Assembly: GCA_049664225.1 (NCBI GenBank)
Contig: JBATEX010000133.1
Coordinates: 919 to 64,918, forward strand
Origin: Thermoanaerobaculia bacterium
GTDB taxonomy: Bacteria > Acidobacteriota > Thermoanaerobaculia > Multivoradales > JAHEKO01
DNA length: 64,000 nt
Direction: 5' to 3'
The notes beneath the pieces were generated by a model that worked only from the letters and a program-made list of their open reading frames with translations, did not search any database and was not told where the DNA came from. This document shows, in pieces, positions 52,488-60,679 of this stretch. Made by a program: the position numbers and the translations under genes. How positions within the stretch are numbered: the stretch's first letter is position 1; the number at the start of each line of letters is the position of its first letter.

Positions 52488-53924
52488 TCATCCCTTGATC
52501 ACCCCGATCGGCTTCAGCTGTGCGACTTTGCGACTGATCCCTGCTCCTTCTACTACATCGACCACCGCCGAGACGTCCTTGTAGGCCTCGGGCATCTCCT
52601 CGGCGACGGTGGCCATGCCTGCGGCCATGACCACAACTCCTTCTCTCTCGAGCTCGTCGAGCAGTCTCCGTCCTCTGGCCTGCTTCTTGGCCTGCCTACG
52701 GCTGAGTCTCCTACCCGCGCCATGACAGGTGGAGCCAAAGGTCTCGCGGTAGGCTCTCTCGGTCCCCACCAGCACGTAGGAATACCGTCCCATGTCTCCG
52801 GGTATCAAGACGGGCTGACCGACCTCCCTGTAGGCTTCGGGTGTCTGAGGGTGACCAGGAGGATAGGCCCTGGTGGCACCCTTCCGGTGGACACAAAGGC
52901 GTCGGCTGCGTCCCTCGATCTCGAAGGTCTCGAACTTCGCGATGTTGTGGCAAACGTCGTAGACCACCGTGAGACCGGCCTGGCTGGGCCCCAGACTCAG
53001 GGCCTGCATGAAGCTCTCGCGAGCCCAATGGGCCATGACCTGCCGGTTGGCAAAAGCGAAGTTGGCCGCCGCCGACATGGCGCCCAGATAGTCGCGGCCT
53101 TCCGGGGACTGGAGCGGCGCGCAGCAGAGCTGACGATCGGGCAGCTCGATGCCGTAACGGGCGGCGGCTTCGACCATCACCCTCAGGTGGTCCGAGCAGA
53201 CCTGATGACCGAGGCCTCGGGATCCACTGTGAATTGTCAGGGTCACCTGATCCTGAAATAGCCCCAAGGCAGCCGCAGCCACCTCGTCGTAGATCTCGGC
53301 CACGTACTGGATCTCAGCAAAGTGATTTCCGGAGCCCAGTGACCCGAGCTGACTGCGCCCTCGCTGATAGGCCCTGTCCGAGACGAGATCCGGCCGCGCG
53401 CCCTCAATGCAGCCGTTCTCTTCCAGGAACTCCAGATCCTCCTCGTAGCCCATTCCCCTGTCGACGGCCCAGGCTGCCCCTTGGGCCAGAACCTGGGTCA
53501 ACTCCTGTCGACTCAACCTCAGATCGGTGCGGCCCTTGCCGATGCCGGTAGGAATGTTCTGGTAGAGGCGGGTAACGAGATCCCGCACTCTGGGCTGGAT
53601 TTCGGCGCGACTCAGACCTGAGCGCAAGAGGCGGACGCCTCAGTTGATGTCGTAGCCGACGCCGCCAGGCGAGACAACGCCCTTCTTGCTGTCCATCGCC
53701 GCCACGCCACCGATGGGGAAACCGTAACCCCAGTGGATATCGGGCATCGCCATGGAAGACCCGACGATTCCCGGCAGGTGGGCGACATTGACCACTTGCT
53801 GGAGGCATGGATCCTGGTGCATCTCACCCATCATCTCCGCGCTTGCGAAGACGAGACCCTCGACCCGCATCTTCCCCCGCTTGGGAATTCGCCAACGGAA
53901 CTCGTCGATCTGCTCGATATGCAT
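52488..53924 (-). CDS. rtcB: RNA 3'-phosphate/tRNA-splicing ligase RtcB with in-frame TGA (53640..53642) at the conserved Cys codon: candidate selenoprotein (alternative: pseudogene)
   Basis: Two same-frame ORFs joined by one TGA: ...[19 protein letters not shown].... Downstream catalytic His context STCHGAGRR is intact. 478 codons, typical for RtcB. A SECIS-like hairpin lies downstream of the TGA, and archease is next door. Confidence 0.75.
53606..53626 (-). promoter_or_regulatory. Candidate bacterial SECIS stem-loop (UGCGCUCA-GGUC-UGAGUCGCG) 14-34 nt 3' of the rtcB UGA
   Basis: Pairs A24-U29, C23-G30, U22-A31 and C21-G32; bulged U33; then G20-C34, C19-G35, G18-C36 and U17-G37 (numbering from the U of UGA = 1). 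Apical loop is GGUC. Confidence 0.55.
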
Positions 53925-54017
53925 CGTCCCCGATCCTCCACGCAGATGCTTCAGAGATAGCCCGCCCTCAGACAGACAGGCTACGCCTGTCGTGCAACGG
54001 CTGCAAGCGCCGTCGAT

Positions 54018-54440
54018 TCAAAGGTCGAAGATGACTCGTGCCGACCAACCCGTTGTCGAGGACTTCACCCTCAGTTGATGGTAGGTGACCGCCTTGATCA
54101 GCGTCTTGATCTCGTGCCGGTCAGGATCGTAGCGCTCACCCCGAACCGTTCCACGGAGACGCCAACCGCCGCCCTCCGCCTCGACTTCGAGATCGGTCTG
54201 GCGCAACAGAACCGACTTCGTCTCGAAGAGGTAAACAATCTCGCTGAGCCACTCGACCAGCAGGTCTTCTCGACTCGGGGCGATGAGATCGATCGGCAGC
54301 TCGAGCTCGAGATTAAGCCGTTCCACCTCGGTCAGGGTATCGGTCAGAGCCAGGAGGCCCTCGGACAGCAGACTCTCGAAGCTGGCCCCCTCGATCTCGA
54401 CACCCATGTCGGCCGTGTGCTCGATGAACCTGTAGGCCAT
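54018..54440 (-). CDS. Archease (RtcB activator)
   Basis: MAYRFIEHTADMGVEIEG... and C-terminal IKAVTYHQLRV...GWSARVIFDL; 140 aa. Its ATG overlaps the lipB TGA by 1 nt. Confidence 0.9.
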   Translation of the reverse strand: MAYRFIEHTADMGVEIEGASFESLLSEGLLALTDTLTEVERLNLELELPIDLIAPSREDLLVEWLSEIVYLFETKSVLLRQTDLEVEAEGGGWRLRGTVRGERYDPDRHEIKTLIKAVTYHQLRVKSSTTGWSARVIFDL

Positions 54441-55153
54441 CAGTGCTTCAACTGCTCGGGACTCACCGCGAGCGGGCGACGATGAAAGACCTCGGCCAGG
54501 TGCCGGGCACAGAGATCGGCCAGGTCCTCGATTGGCATGGTCCGGCCCGTGAGCTCGGCGACGGAGGTCATCTCCACTCCCTGGAGGCCGCACGGCACGA
54601 TTGCGGCGAAGTAGCTCAGGTCGGTGTTCACGTTGAGAGCGAAGCCGTGGGTCGTGATCCAGCGGCTGACGTGAACACCGAGGGAGGCGACCTTCCTGCC
54701 GTCCACCCAGACTCCGATCTCGGGGCTTTGCGACCTCGCCTCAGCGGACAGACCGACCTCGGCCAGCACCCGGACCAAAACTTCCTGCAGATCGCGCACG
54801 TAGCGCCGAAGATCACGTCGATCCGGGGTCAGATCGAGGATCGGATAGCCCACGAGCTGACCGGGACCATGGTAGGTGACCTGTCCGCCACGGTCACATT
54901 CCACGACCTCCACTCCTCGGGTCCGCAGCCACTCACGGTCCGCCAGGACATCGGTGCGGTTGGCGTTGCGACCCAGCGTGTAGACGTGGCCGTGCTCGAG
55001 CAGCAACAACGCATCGTCTGCCCCACCTGACCGGATTCGCTCCCGGCGATGCTCCTGCAGCACCATGGCCGACCGGTAGTCGAGCCTGCCGAGGTAGCTC
55101 CACTCAAGGTCTCGCTGGTTGGTTTCTCTCACTTGAGGACTGCTGTCGATCAA
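54440..55153 (-). CDS. lipB: Lipoyl(octanoyl) transferase
   Basis: RGGQVTYHGPGQLVGYPILDL, KVASLGV and PCGL motifs. Confidence 0.92.
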   Translation of the reverse strand: MIDSSPQVRETNQRDLEWSYLGRLDYRSAMVLQEHRRERIRSGGADDALLLLEHGHVYTLGRNANRTDVLADREWLRTRGVEVVECDRGGQVTYHGPGQLVGYPILDLTPDRRDLRRYVRDLQEVLVRVLAEVGLSAEARSQSPEIGVWVDGRKVASLGVHVSRWITTHGFALNVNTDLSYFAAIVPCGLQGVEMTSVAELTGRTMPIEDLADLCARHLAEVFHRRPLAVSPEQLKH

Positions 55154-55190
55154 AGCAACAACACCTTCGCGGCATGTCCGAGCCGGTCGA

Positions 55191-56579
55191 CTATTGGAAC
55201 GAGTCGAGCTCGGACCAGCTTTCTTCCAGCAGCGTTCGCCGGAGGTGATTCATGAAGCTGTCGGCCTCCGCACCATCGATCAGACGATGATCGAAAGTCA
55301 GGGCGAAATAGCACATCGTCTTGATCGCGATTCCGTCGTTGCCATCGGCATCGGTTTCGACGACAGGGCGCTTCTCGATGGTGCCGATGCCCAGGATCGC
55401 CACCTGGGGCTGGTTGATGATGGGAGTTCCGAACAGCGATCCGAACACACCGGGATTGGTCACCGTGAATGTCCCCCCCTGCACCTCCTCCGGGCTCAGG
55501 CGTTTGCTTCGAGCACGCTCGGCTAGATCGTTGGCGGCCTTGGCAAAACCTACCAGATTGAGCCGATCGGCATGCCGAATCACCGGCACCAGAAGGCCCC
55601 ACTCGAGAGCTACAGCCATGCCCAGATTGATGTCCTTCTTGCGCACGATGTCGGTGCCGTCGATGGACGAATTGAGGTTCGGATAGGCCGTGAGCGCGTT
55701 GGCAACCGCTTTGAAGATGAAGGGCATGAACGTGAGCTTCGTACCGTGCGTCTGCGCGAAGCCTTGCTTGGCGCGCGCTCTCACCCTGGCCACTCGGGAG
55801 AGGTCGACATGGAAGACCGTACTGACGTGCGCCGAGGTTGCCTTGGAATAGACCATGTGGGCCGCCGTCAACCGGCGGATTCTGGACATCGACTCGATTT
55901 CGACGTTGTCTCCCTCGCTGTAGGCGGCCACTTGGAAGTCACCGGTTCGCTGTCGAGGAGCGGTAACCAGCTCTGCGCTCCGCATCGGGGACGCTGGAGT
56001 TGGAGTCGGTGTAGCTGTCGTCGCGGGAGTCACCACCGACCTTTTCTCCAGGAAGGCCAGCATGTCTTGCTTGGTCACCCGCCCGTGGATTCCGGTGCCC
56101 TCGACCCGAGTCAGATCGACCCCCTCCGCGGCGGCCATCTTGCGGACCAAAGGGCTGGAGAACCGGCGGATCCTATCGACCAACTGACCATCCTCGGCTG
56201 AATCCCCATCCTGCCTGGGAGTAGCTTCCGGCGCTGGTGGTGGCGGCTCTTCCACTACTACCTCCATGGACTTCGCCGCCTCCACGTCCTCGATTTCGGG
56301 GGCAGGAGGCTCTGACGCGAGCTCTGAATCCACTTGCTCGGTAGGTTCTCCGACAAGGGCGACCAGCTCATTGACTTGGACTGTCGCGCCCTCCCCGTGA
56401 TGGACTACCAAGAGAACTCCGGCAGCCGGGCTGGGGATTTCGGCGTCTACTTTGTCGGTCGAAATCTCGAACAGCGGCTGGTCTCTCTCCACCCGCTCCC
56501 CCACCTGGACCAACCACTTGGTGATGGTGCCCTCAACGATGGACTCACCCATCTGAGGCATGATGACTTCCGTTGCCAT
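55191..56579 (-). CDS. 2-oxoacid dehydrogenase E2 dihydrolipoamide acyltransferase
   Basis: N-terminal lipoyl domain (EISTDKVDAEIPSP), Pro/Ala linker, subunit-binding domain (SPLVRKMAAAEGVDL) and catalytic DHRLIDGA. Confidence 0.92.
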   Translation of the reverse strand: MATEVIMPQMGESIVEGTITKWLVQVGERVERDQPLFEISTDKVDAEIPSPAAGVLLVVHHGEGATVQVNELVALVGEPTEQVDSELASEPPAPEIEDVEAAKSMEVVVEEPPPPAPEATPRQDGDSAEDGQLVDRIRRFSSPLVRKMAAAEGVDLTRVEGTGIHGRVTKQDMLAFLEKRSVVTPATTATPTPTPASPMRSAELVTAPRQRTGDFQVAAYSEGDNVEIESMSRIRRLTAAHMVYSKATSAHVSTVFHVDLSRVARVRARAKQGFAQTHGTKLTFMPFIFKAVANALTAYPNLNSSIDGTDIVRKKDINLGMAVALEWGLLVPVIRHADRLNLVGFAKAANDLAERARSKRLSPEEVQGGTFTVTNPGVFGSLFGTPIINQPQVAILGIGTIEKRPVVETDADGNDGIAIKTMCYFALTFDHRLIDGAEADSFMNHLRRTLLEESWSELDSFQ

Positions 56580-56672
56580 GTAGGACTCTCCCTTACTCGA
56601 CTCGATATCCCGGCTCGGGCGTCAGGGACCAACGAGACCCGAGCACGAACCGATCCACTCTGCACTACCCCA

Positions 56673-58070
56673 TCAGATATGGATCGCATGCCCGACGGCT
56701 GCGTGCGCGGCCTCGGCGACGGCCTCCGACAGAGTCGGATGGGCATGAATGGTGCGAAACAACTCCTCTGTCGTGGACTCGACCTGAAGCGCGACACAGG
56801 CCTCGGCGATCAGCTCTGTGGCATGGCGACCGATGATATGGACTCCGAGAAGCTCATCGTACCGAGTCTCGCGAACGATCTTGACGAACCCTTCAGTGTG
56901 TCCCTCGATCGCCGCCTTGGCCAGTGCCGTGAAAGGAAACTTGCCCGTGGTCACCTCATATCCACGCTCTATGGCCTGGGCTTCAGTCAGGCCGACGCTG
57001 GCCACTTCCGGCTCACAATAGGTGACAGCGGGAATCCGATCATAGTCGATCGGCCGCACGTGCCGACCTGCCAGGTGCTCGGCGACCAGAATGCCCTCGG
57101 CCGAAGCCACATGTGCCAGCCAGGGGGTGTCGACGACGTCGCCGATGGCGTAGATGTGGGGAACATCGGTCTGCATGAGCTCGTTGACCTCGACGTAGCC
57201 CCGATTGAGGCGAATTCCCAAGGCTTCGAGACCGAGGTCCGAGGTCACCGGCGCACGCCCGACGGCCACCAACAGCGCCTCGGCCGTCAGGCTCTTGCCG
57301 CCTCCATCTTCCCTGTCGATTTCGATCTCCAAACCACTGTCTGTGAGCACGGCATCTTTCAACCGACTGCCCGTATGGATCTTGATGCCTCTCTTCTTCA
57401 GGGAGCGTTGAAGCTGCCGCGAAATCTCCTCATCCTCGAGGGGCAATACGCGGGGCAGCATCTCTACCAGAACGACCCCGGATCCAAAGGAGTTGAAGAT
57501 CGACGCGAACTCGCAGCCCACAGCTCCTGCGCCCAGCACCACCAATGAGGTGGGAACATTCGACACCTCCAGGAGATCATCCGAGCTCAGCACACGCTTG
57601 CCGTCTGTGGGTAGGAACGGCAGCTGACGCGGAACCGAGCCCGTCGCGATCAGGATGTGACGCGCTTCAAAGGTCGTCGTGCCGCCCTCTCCTGCCACCT
57701 CGACCTCGTGGCTGCCGACGAGTCTTCCCCTGCCCCGAACACCTTCGACGCCGTACTTCTTGAACAGATACTCGATTCCTTTGGCGCTCTTGTCGACCAC
57801 TTGCTGTTTGAAGGCCTGAGCCTTCTCCAGATCCAGGCTCGGCGAAGCCACCTCGATGCCGAATCTCTCCGCCGAGCGAATCTCGTCGAGCATGCCGGCG
57901 GTGCGGAGGAGCGCCTTGGTGGGAATGCAACCTCGATGCAGACAGGTGCCGCCGAACTTGGGGTCCTTCTCCACTACGCTGACCTTGAGACCCAGCTGCG
58001 CAGCACGAATCGCGGCGACATAGCCGCCGGGACCGCTACCGATGATGACGAGGTCGCGTTGTTCTGCCAT
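56673..58070 (-). CDS. lpdA: Dihydrolipoyl dehydrogenase (E3)
   Basis: GSGPGGYVAA FAD motif, redox-active GGTCLHRGCIPTK, and C-terminal HAHPTLSE. Confidence 0.93.
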   Translation of the reverse strand: MAEQRDLVIIGSGPGGYVAAIRAAQLGLKVSVVEKDPKFGGTCLHRGCIPTKALLRTAGMLDEIRSAERFGIEVASPSLDLEKAQAFKQQVVDKSAKGIEYLFKKYGVEGVRGRGRLVGSHEVEVAGEGGTTTFEARHILIATGSVPRQLPFLPTDGKRVLSSDDLLEVSNVPTSLVVLGAGAVGCEFASIFNSFGSGVVLVEMLPRVLPLEDEEISRQLQRSLKKRGIKIHTGSRLKDAVLTDSGLEIEIDREDGGGKSLTAEALLVAVGRAPVTSDLGLEALGIRLNRGYVEVNELMQTDVPHIYAIGDVVDTPWLAHVASAEGILVAEHLAGRHVRPIDYDRIPAVTYCEPEVASVGLTEAQAIERGYEVTTGKFPFTALAKAAIEGHTEGFVKIVRETRYDELLGVHIIGRHATELIAEACVALQVESTTEELFRTIHAHPTLSEAVAEAAHAAVGHAIHI

Positions 58071-58106
58071 TGTCTTCGAGATCTCCGTTCGGGGTACGCG
58101 GTCTGG

Positions 58107-59168
58107 TCAGGCGACGGTGATCTCACGACTCAGGAAGACATCCTGAATCGCATTCAGAAGCTCCACTCCCTCGGCCATGGGCCGTTGAAACGCCTTGCGA
58201 CCCGAGATCATGCCGGTACCTCCCCCGCGTTTGTTGATCACGGCCGTACGGACAGCCTGAGCCAGATCACCCTGACCACCCGAGGCACCGCCCGAGTTGA
58301 TCATACCGATCCTACCCATGTAGCAGTTGGCAACCTGCCACCGGACGAGATCGACCGGGTGGTCGGAGCTCAGGTCGCTGTAGACGAGCGGGCTGGTCTT
58401 GCCGAAGCCGACAGCCGTGTACCCGCCATCCTTGGTGGCCTGCTTCTGTTTGACGATGTCAGCCTCGATGGTCACACCGAGATGATTGGCCTGGCCGGTC
58501 AGATCGGCCGCGTCGTGGTAGTCCACGCCCTCCTTCTTGAATCCCGGGTTCCGCAGGTAGCACCAGAGAATCGTCGCCAGGCCGAGGTCGTGGGCCTGAG
58601 CGAACGCCTCGGAGATCTCGACCAGCTCGCGATCAGAGTCCTCCGAACCGAAGTAGATCGTAGCTCCGACGGCCGCAGCCCCCAGCTCCCAGGCCTGTTC
58701 CACCTGCGCAAACAGCACCTGTTTGTAGCGGTTGGGGTAGGTCAGCATCTCGTTGTGATTGATCTTCACCACGAACGGGATCTTGTGGGCATACTTACGA
58801 CTGATAGAGCCCAGAACTCCCAGGGTAGAAGCTACGCCGTTGCAGCCGCCCTCGATAGCCAACCGCACGATGTTCTCCGGATCGAAATACTCCGGATTCG
58901 GGGCGAACGAGGCGGCTGCCGAGTGCTCGATACCCTGGTCCACAGGCAGAATGGAAAGGTAACCGCTACCCGCCAGCCGGCCCGAATTGTAGAGGCGGGC
59001 CAAGTTCACCAGAACGGTCGGCTTGCGATCCGAGACACCGAAGCAGCGGTCGATGTGATCAGCGCCCGGCAGATGCAGGCTCGCCTTGGGAATGCCTTTG
59101 CAGGTGTGATTCAGCAAGCCTTCGGCTTCGTCGCCGAGCAGCTCGGTGATGCGATCGATTCCAGTCAT
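58107..59168 (-). CDS. fbaB: Class I fructose-bisphosphate aldolase (DhnA/FbaB type)
   Basis: Near-colinear resemblance to E. coli FbaB ([27 protein letters not shown]..., [15 protein letters not shown]). Start chosen at [12 protein letters not shown]; alternatives extend up to 59225. Confidence 0.88.
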   Translation of the reverse strand: MTGIDRITELLGDEAEGLLNHTCKGIPKASLHLPGADHIDRCFGVSDRKPTVLVNLARLYNSGRLAGSGYLSILPVDQGIEHSAAASFAPNPEYFDPENIVRLAIEGGCNGVASTLGVLGSISRKYAHKIPFVVKINHNEMLTYPNRYKQVLFAQVEQAWELGAAAVGATIYFGSEDSDRELVEISEAFAQAHDLGLATILWCYLRNPGFKKEGVDYHDAADLTGQANHLGVTIEADIVKQKQATKDGGYTAVGFGKTSPLVYSDLSSDHPVDLVRWQVANCYMGRIGMINSGGASGGQGDLAQAVRTAVINKRGGGTGMISGRKAFQRPMAEGVELLNAIQDVFLSREITVA

Positions 59169-59237
59169 CGGTTCTGCAACAGTTATCATTGTCTTCTTGC
59201 CTCCAGGATCGGTTCTCTTATGCAATGTCGGATTATC

Positions 59238-60056
59238 TTACAGGCCAGAGGTTCTCTCGGGGGACGGCGGAGACTGAATCGAAGCGAGAAACTCGAATAG
59301 CCGCCGCCACACCATGTTGTTGCCCAACAAGTCGTTGTGACCCGCTGAAGGTACCTCCAGCCAGTCTGCTCTCAAGGCTGCCGCCACTTTCCGGCCCTGC
59401 TCCACCGGAATGATGCGATCCCTAGAGCCATGGATCACGAGCGCCGGGCAGACGACCCGTTCGGCCGCCACAGTAGAGTCGTATCGATCGGCCACGGCGA
59501 CCTCCACGAGCCACCGAGGGAAGTGAGAGGCACCGACATCGGCCAGCGAAGTCCAGGCGCTCATCGCCACCAATCCGTCGCAACGCTCGGGATTGGCGGC
59601 CGCCAGACCGATAGCTACCGCAGCCCCAAGGGACCAGCCCACGACCACTGTCGGTCGGTGTCCGAAGTGATGGCGCATCCACTCGAGGGCTACCGAGCCG
59701 GCCTCCAGAAGGGAAGCCTCGGACGGCACTCCGGTGCTACGCCCGTAGCCAGGGTAATCCAGGACTACGAAGGGTACTTCGAGGGCGAGAAGTTCCTCGA
59801 AGAGACCCACTTGCCGCATGGTCTCCAGGTTCTCGCCGTTCCCGTGGAGGAACAGCACAGCCGGCCCGGTCGACACCAGGCCAGGCTCATCATGCACCCA
59901 CGACGCGATCTGGGTTCGATCACCGAGACTCCAGGTTACGGCGCGCAAGGGTCGCGGCGGGTCCGGAACACTGACCGGTGGGGCCGGATAGACGATATGG
60001 CGCACGGAACAGCCCGCGAGGATCAGACAGAATGCTGGCCAGACGAGCTTCGACAT
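59238..60056 (-). CDS. Alpha/beta-fold hydrolase, probable lipoprotein
   Basis: Lipobox LILAGC after MSKLVWPAF. FLHGNGEN and the nucleophile elbow GWSLGAA. Confidence 0.8.
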   Translation of the reverse strand: MSKLVWPAFCLILAGCSVRHIVYPAPPVSVPDPPRPLRAVTWSLGDRTQIASWVHDEPGLVSTGPAVLFLHGNGENLETMRQVGLFEELLALEVPFVVLDYPGYGRSTGVPSEASLLEAGSVALEWMRHHFGHRPTVVVGWSLGAAVAIGLAAANPERCDGLVAMSAWTSLADVGASHFPRWLVEVAVADRYDSTVAAERVVCPALVIHGSRDRIIPVEQGRKVAAALRADWLEVPSAGHNDLLGNNMVWRRLFEFLASIQSPPSPERTSGL

Positions 60057-60079
60057 CCGGCCTGCTTTCGTCTCTATCC

Positions 60080-60679
60080 TCACTCCTCCTCTTCCGGCAG
60101 CTCCAAGCCGAGCCGATGCAACAAGTTCTGCATGATGCGTGCGGTTAGCCCCCACACCTGCCTTGACCCCAGGTGGTAGACGCGGATCATGCGCTCTACG
60201 CCATCGATCTGCACGATCCGGTCTTCGATAGCCCTGAAATCGGCAAAGGCCAGAAGAGGAACGGAGAACACCTCCGCGATCTCTTCCTCATTAATGTTCG
60301 TCTCGAGAGCGCTCGGCACCGCACCGACACACGGGATGATCCTGAATCCACTCGGCGTTTCGGCCTCGTCCAGCTCACCCAGTCGGACCACCTGCCTGGT
60401 GTCGAAGCCCAGTTCTTCCTCGGATTCGCGTAAGGCGGCGGCCCAGGGGTCCTCGCCTATCTCCCGACCACCTCCCGGAAACGCGATCTGACTCTTGTGG
60501 TGGGGCAGCGACTCAGCCCGTTTGGTCAGTAGAGTCCAGAGCTCGCCGGCATCGACGAACAAGGGGACGAGGACCGCCGCCTCCCGAGCGTCGCTGGGTG
60601 GTAGACGACTCGGCGAAGGTGTGCTCAGACGTTGCCTGACCTGTTGGATCCAGCTCTGCGGCCCCTGTTCCTCGGTCAT
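60080..60679 (-). CDS. NUDIX hydrolase, CoA pyrophosphatase-like
   Basis: NUDIX box GGGREIGEDPWAAALRESEEELG, preceded by the NuCoA-like LLTKRA...IAFPGG. Confidence 0.85.
   Translation of the reverse strand: MTEEQGPQSWIQQVRQRLSTPSPSRLPPSDAREAAVLVPLFVDAGELWTLLTKRAESLPHHKSQIAFPGGGREIGEDPWAAALRESEEELGFDTRQVVRLGELDEAETPSGFRIIPCVGAVPSALETNINEEEIAEVFSVPLLAFADFRAIEDRIVQIDGVERMIRVYHLGSRQVWGLTARIMQNLLHRLGLELPEEEE

Noticed and set aside
52488-53924. Interpretation of the split rtcB as a plain pseudogene or as two separately expressed fragments.
   Set aside because: Not fully excluded, but disfavoured. There is a single TGA exactly on the catalytic Cys codon, no other lesions, and an intact downstream catalytic region. 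The C-terminal piece has no SD or ATG (only an in-frame TTG inside the hairpin). A SECIS-like hairpin sits at the right distance. It is kept as the alternative hypothesis in the finding.
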